Shown here piece by piece: positions 6,231-10,031 of a DNA stretch of 10,031 nt; positions within the stretch are counted from its first letter, which is position 1, and each line of letters opens with the position of its first letter. The notes beneath the pieces were generated by a model, which saw nothing but the letters and a program-made list of their open reading frames with translations, had not been told where the DNA came from and searched no databases. Location: positions 1 to 10,031 of the forward strand of contig NW_021827650.1 of assembly GCF_006345805.1 (NCBI RefSeq). The letters are read 5' to 3'. This stretch comes from Octopus sinensis. Its lineage: Eukaryota. The translations under genes and the position numbers were made by a program.

Positions 6231-6444
6231 CCTTTCTACTAAAGACACAAGGCCTGAAATTTTGGGGGAGGGGACTAGTCGATCACATCGACCCCAGTGT
6301 TTCACTGGTACTTAATTTATCGACTCCGAGAGGATGAAAGGCAAAGTAGACCTCGGCGGAATTTGAGCTCAGAACATGAAGACGGACGAAAAGCCGCCAA
6401 GCATTTTGTCCGGCGAGCTAACGATTCTGCCATCTCACCGCCTT
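6231..6444 (-). mobile_element. SINE family A monomer
   Basis: The reverse complement reads AAGGCGGTGAGATGGCAGAATCGTTAG...GAGCTCAAATTCCGCCGAGGTC...GATAAATTAAGTACCAGT...AGGCCTTGTGTCTTTAGTAGAAAGG. Confidence 0.9.
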
Positions 6445-6454
6445 AATAATAACG

Positions 6455-6513
<59 letters not shown>

Positions 6514-6534
6514 GATAATAATAATAATAATAAT
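6445..6534. repeat. (AAT)n/(GATAAT)n microsatellite
   Basis: Read directly; it encodes the N/D run of ORF 6376-6879. Confidence 0.97.
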
Positions 6535-7390
6535 ACACTCTCTGAATCAACCGTAATCACTAAGGTAGATGAAAATAGATGTCTGAAAATTAAAGAAACC
6601 AGTATGAATGAACGTGACACTCTCCCAAAAATTCGCAATTCTAACCAAAACCTGAAATTAATTGGTAAAATCTGCCTTGCTCTTAAGGATATAATTTCAG
6701 CTAATGATGCTGATATTACAGATCGCAACCACCTGTACTATGCATCCGCGAAAATCTCAACGATTCTATGTGGCGAACAAGATCAGAAAACGACAACATT
6801 CGCAGAAAAAGCCTACTTGGTGTATTCAACACAAATTCAGCTACTTAAGTCTGACATAGAATGTTTAAAAAACCCTTAAGTTTGACAAAACTATCAAACC
6901 AACAAAAACCCGAAAATTAACGAAGAACATATATGAAAACCTGTACTTACCATCGATACCAACATAACAACTATCAAGCAAAAGGTATGTGCTAAAGCTG
7001 CTCACATAGCAAGGTTTGAAAAGCGCGTTAGATTCTTCAAGGACTTGTTCAAAAATAACCCCAAAAATGCTTTACAGGAAGATAGGGAAAATACCAGTTA
7101 CACTAAAGTCTGTCCCATCAAAAGAAATGTATAAAATAGCTCCTACTCTGCGAAACGTCTTGTCTGTAAGTATGAGATCATGGAGGACCACACTGACTTT
7201 GAACAGTGACAATGAATCTCTCAATGTTGGAAATGTAAGAATTTCATGTGGCATTTTCCAAGGTAACTAACTCTTTATCAGCACTCTTCTTTTGTCAAGC
7301 CTTAATACCTCGCTCGATGATGTACAAAATGACTATAAAATGTTTGATAAAAATATAAATCATCTCATTTACATGGATGATTTAAAGCTC
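6535..7390 (+). mobile_element. Decayed R4/Dong-clade non-LTR retrotransposon fragment (N-terminal region plus partial reverse transcriptase)
   Basis: Joining frames gives ETSMNERDTLPKI...NHLYYASAK..., IKQKVCAKAAHIARFEKRVRFFK...FKNNPKMLYRKIGK, EMYKIAPTLRNVLSVSMRSWRTTL, GIFQG (7250-7264), LSALFFCQALIP and INHLIYMDDLKL (YMDD at 7370-7381). These match R4/Dong RT motifs as I recall them. Stops and frameshifts are present, and there is no zinc-knuckle or restriction-like endonuclease 3' part. Confidence 0.85.
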
Positions 7391-7502
7391 AAAAATTACA
7401 TCTATATGATATATGTATTTGATACATTAATGTATAGGATACATTAAAACATTTTTTTTTAAGGATAATTGTAAACAGTGACGAAAACCACAAAGATCCT
7501 CG

Positions 7503-7626
7503 AGACCCTAGATGGCTAGAAAGCAAGGTCGACCCCGGCGTGATATGAACTTAGATCGTAAAGACTCGAATGGTAGAACTACCCAATGGCGTTTTGTCAG
7601 ACGCTCTAACGATTTTGTCAATCACT
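7503..7626 (-). mobile_element. Highly diverged SINE family A head and core
   Basis: The reverse complement reads TGACAAAATCGTTAGAGCGTCTGACAAAACGC...GTCTTTACGATCTAAGTTCATATCACGCCGGGGTCGACCTTGCTTTC. Confidence 0.7.
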
Positions 7627-7643
7627 AGAAATAAATACAACAT

Positions 7644-7700
7644 AAAGAGAAGAAAGAAAGAGAGAGAGAAAGAAAAAAAGAAGGAAAGAAATAAAGGCAA
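7644..7700. repeat. Purine-rich (A/G) low-complexity tract
   Basis: Read directly from the sequence. Confidence 0.85.
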
Positions 7701-7949
7701 GGGTTGGGGTGAGAGTGGCTGCAGAAATATTAAGTTTGGCTGGTATTGTAGCAAGTGTCAGTAAAAGAATACCCCGGGTAGCTGTGTAAGCCGGGTGGCG
7801 GTGTACATGTTCGATAGTGGACAGACAGCATATTGTCTACGGGGTTGCCGTAAGATGCATGCCAAACGTTGGAGACAATGGCGGCGTGGACAGTCGACAT
7901 CTTGTGGCAGACAATGATAGATGTCTCTGTGTAAATAATGATGTCGTGT

Positions 7950-7994
7950 GAATATATATATGAGTTGTGTGTGAGATATATATAATATATATGA

Positions 7995-8050
<56 letters not shown>

Positions 8051-8148
8051 CATAACATACACACACACAACACAATATATATATATATATATGTGTTGTG
8101 TGTGTGTTGTGTGTGTGTGTAACTATAGATTTGAGTGAGTCGGTTGTG

Positions 8149-8180
<32 letters not shown>

Positions 8181-8235
8181 AATAGACGTATCGAATGTGG
8201 ATGTACGTATATATATGTGTGTATACACACACAGG
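7950..8235. repeat. Large compound (TA)n/(CA)n/(TG)n microsatellite field
   Basis: Read directly; it is the source of ORFs 7730-8068, 7758-8252 and 8026-8250. Confidence 0.95.
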
Positions 8236-8314
8236 CAGACGCACACACACACATTACAGAAAGAGTATAACCACAGAGGTATATATCAGCACACCAAGGA
8301 AAGAATTCTTTGAT

Positions 8315-8520
8315 ATGTGTGTGTGTGTGTGCACAGGTTTAATGCGCGTGTATAGTTATGCGTATGAACGTGTGAAAATGCACACGTGTTTACATATATG
8401 TATGTATGTACGTATGTATGTATGCATGCATGCATAGAAGGGAAGGGGAGAGAGGTGAGGTGGGAGGAGGAGGAAGGGGAAGAGGAGAAGAAGTAGGAGT
8501 GTAAGTGAGACAGTAGTAGA
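8315..8520. repeat. (TG)n, (TATG)n/(CATG)n and purine-rich low-complexity tracts
   Basis: Read directly from the sequence. Confidence 0.85.
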
Positions 8521-8789
8521 GTTGCGTAAGAAGTGAGGCATATTGTGCCATAGGTGCCACAGTGATATTGACTTCATTTTATTGCGTTTGTTAGAAAAGG
8601 AAGTGGATCTGTAGTGTTATAAAAACACATCAACTAAAGAGGGGAGGTCTTTTCCGATGACGAAGACACAACAGCGATCAGATATTCACCTTATAGTCAT
8701 ATTTTGGTATTATTTAGTATAACATTAAGGCGGCGAGAATACTTTGGCCACCATAGGTAATGCCAAGAAACGTGGCACTCATGCAGGGA

Positions 8790-8814
8790 GCAGGCGTGGA
8801 TGTGTGGTAAGAAG
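8790..8814 (+). mobile_element. SINE family B head fragment
   Basis: GCAGGCGTGGATGTGTGGTAAGAAG closely matches GCAGGCGTGGCATTGTGGTAAGAAG at 5418-5442. Confidence 0.65.
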
Positions 8815-8826
8815 TGTGTTATTATT

Positions 8827-9231
8827 AAAGCGGCGAGCTGGCAGAAACGTTAGCACGCCGGGTGAAATGCTTAGTGGTATTTCGTCTGCCGTTACGTTCT
8901 GAGTTCAAATTCCGCCGAGGTCCTCTTTGCCTTTCATCCTTTCGGGGTTGATAAATTAAGTACCAGTTACGCACTGGTGTCGATATAATCAATTTAATCC
9001 ATTTGTCTGTCCTTGTTTGTACCCTCTGTGTTTAGCCTCTTGTGGGTAGTAAAGGAATAAGTATTTCGTCTGTCTTTACGTTCTGAGTTCAAATTCCGTC
9101 GAGGTCGACTTTGACTTTCGTCCTTTCGAGACCGATAAATTAAGTATCAGTTGTGTAGTGGGATTCATCTAATCCACTGGCCCCACTCTCCCCAAATTTC
9201 AGGCCTTGTGCCTATAGTAGAAAGGATTATT
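8827..9231 (+). mobile_element. Dimeric SINE family A (second copy)
   Basis: Same two-arm structure and junction (AGTAAAGGAATAAGTATTTCGTCTGTCTTTACG, ~9048-9080) as 492-887. ATTATT lies on both sides (8821-8826 and 9226-9231). Confidence 0.9.
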
Positions 9232-9519
9232 TAATATAACATAATTAATGAAATCTACCAGACGTATTGGACAGACGACCAGTGGAGCCAGTGGAGCCTG
9301 GCATCAGCTAATACTCCGATTATATTCAGAGTTATCTCTGTTAATTCGAAGTATAATTTTGACTAAATATAAATAAAATAGTCAAATAAACTAAACATGT
9401 TGCTTAAGATTCTACATAATAATGATAGTGGAGATAAACATACAACAACTAAGACAGACACCAGTTGTTAATTATAAATAATACATTAGTGTGTTGCTGG
9501 GCGGGAACATATGTCTTAC

Positions 9520-9649
9520 CGTAGAAAACTCTGTCATGCTACTGTTTAAAAAACAATATGTTTTGTCAGAAGATTGTGAAACGCAGCATATGTTCTTATG
9601 GCAGAGAACTGTGCTGTGATGCTGGACAACACTCAACCGAGCACGAATC
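9520..9649 (-). other. Candidate spliced exon (unverified)
   Basis: On the minus strand an acceptor GTTGCTCCTTTCCTTTATGCTTAG|G and a donor CTACG|GTAAGA bracket 130 nt with one open frame (IRARLSVVQHHSTVLCHKNICCVSQSSDKTYCFLNSSMTEFST). I do not recognise the peptide. Confidence 0.2.
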
Positions 9650-10031
9650 CTAAGCATAAAGGAAAGGAGCAACTAACTCGAAGAGATGGTCACATTTACA
9701 TTTATAAAGGAAGAAGTTACACGAGGCTGTTGAGGGAATATAAACCAAACACCATTGAAATTGGCAGATTGTCGTCGTCGGCGTTGTTGTTCGTTCTTCT
9801 TTAGTCGTTATTCAAATCTGATTGAACAGACCTACGAATGTGGCGTTCCAAACTGGCTACCTGGTATCTTTGATCTTCGGTGGCATTATTACTGGAAATG
9901 TCTATCTTCAGTTAAGTTGGAAAAGGAACGATTTGGTTCGATTGAGGGAGATTTGGTTCCTATTCTTAGTGGGGTCAAACGATTTCGTTTGGTGTTTTTC
10001 AGCTTAACCTTGTGTTGAGACCAAAATAACG

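Noticed and set aside
6435-7254. Minus-strand ORFs 6435-6728 and 7072-7254
   Set aside because: They are antisense shadows of the R4/Dong ORF and the AAT repeat.
7730-8577. ORFs 7730-8068, 7758-8252, 8026-8250, 8195-8437 and 8356-8577
   Set aside because: They are microsatellite and low-complexity translations.
4742-9336. ATATCCAGAGTTATC (4742-4756) and ATATTCAGAGTTATC (9322-9336)
   Set aside because: The homology does not extend and no element ends are visible; too short to call.
9755-10018. ORFs 9598-9804, 9755-10018 and 9822-10007, and a minus-frame peptide with a furin-like RHIRRS
   Set aside because: They are short, overlap in different frames, show no recognisable domain and have nearby stops; not enough to call a CDS.

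Overview
Repeat-saturated, AT-rich eukaryotic non-coding DNA. The SINE families and microsatellite density match what I recall of Octopus genomes; that assignment is from recognition, not a search. No intact protein-coding gene is supported, and nearly all listed ORFs come from microsatellites or repeats. Contents: (1) many copies of two tRNA-derived SINE families, here called A (head AAGGCGGCGAGCTGGCAG) and B (head GGCGCAGGCGTGG), including two copies of a dimeric family-A element; (2) two decayed LINE fragments, an RTE-clade C-terminus (962-1329, -) and an R4/Dong-like reverse transcriptase with YMDD and an apparent internal deletion (6535-7390, +); (3) two non-autonomous DNA elements, a ~200 bp TA-flanked foldback/MITE (2003-2205) and a TTAA-flanked piggyBac-type MITE (4429-4651); (4) a full-length degenerate 5S rRNA copy joined directly to a SINE 3' tail (2844-3029); (5) two convergent Penelope-like termini, each with a hammerhead-ribozyme-like core (3460-3935). 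The most interesting observations are the 5S-SINE-tail chimera, the paired hammerhead-like cores, a SINE trimer inside one target-site duplication, and conserved-stem/variable-loop hairpins across the SINE copies. I found no convincing new protein-coding system.
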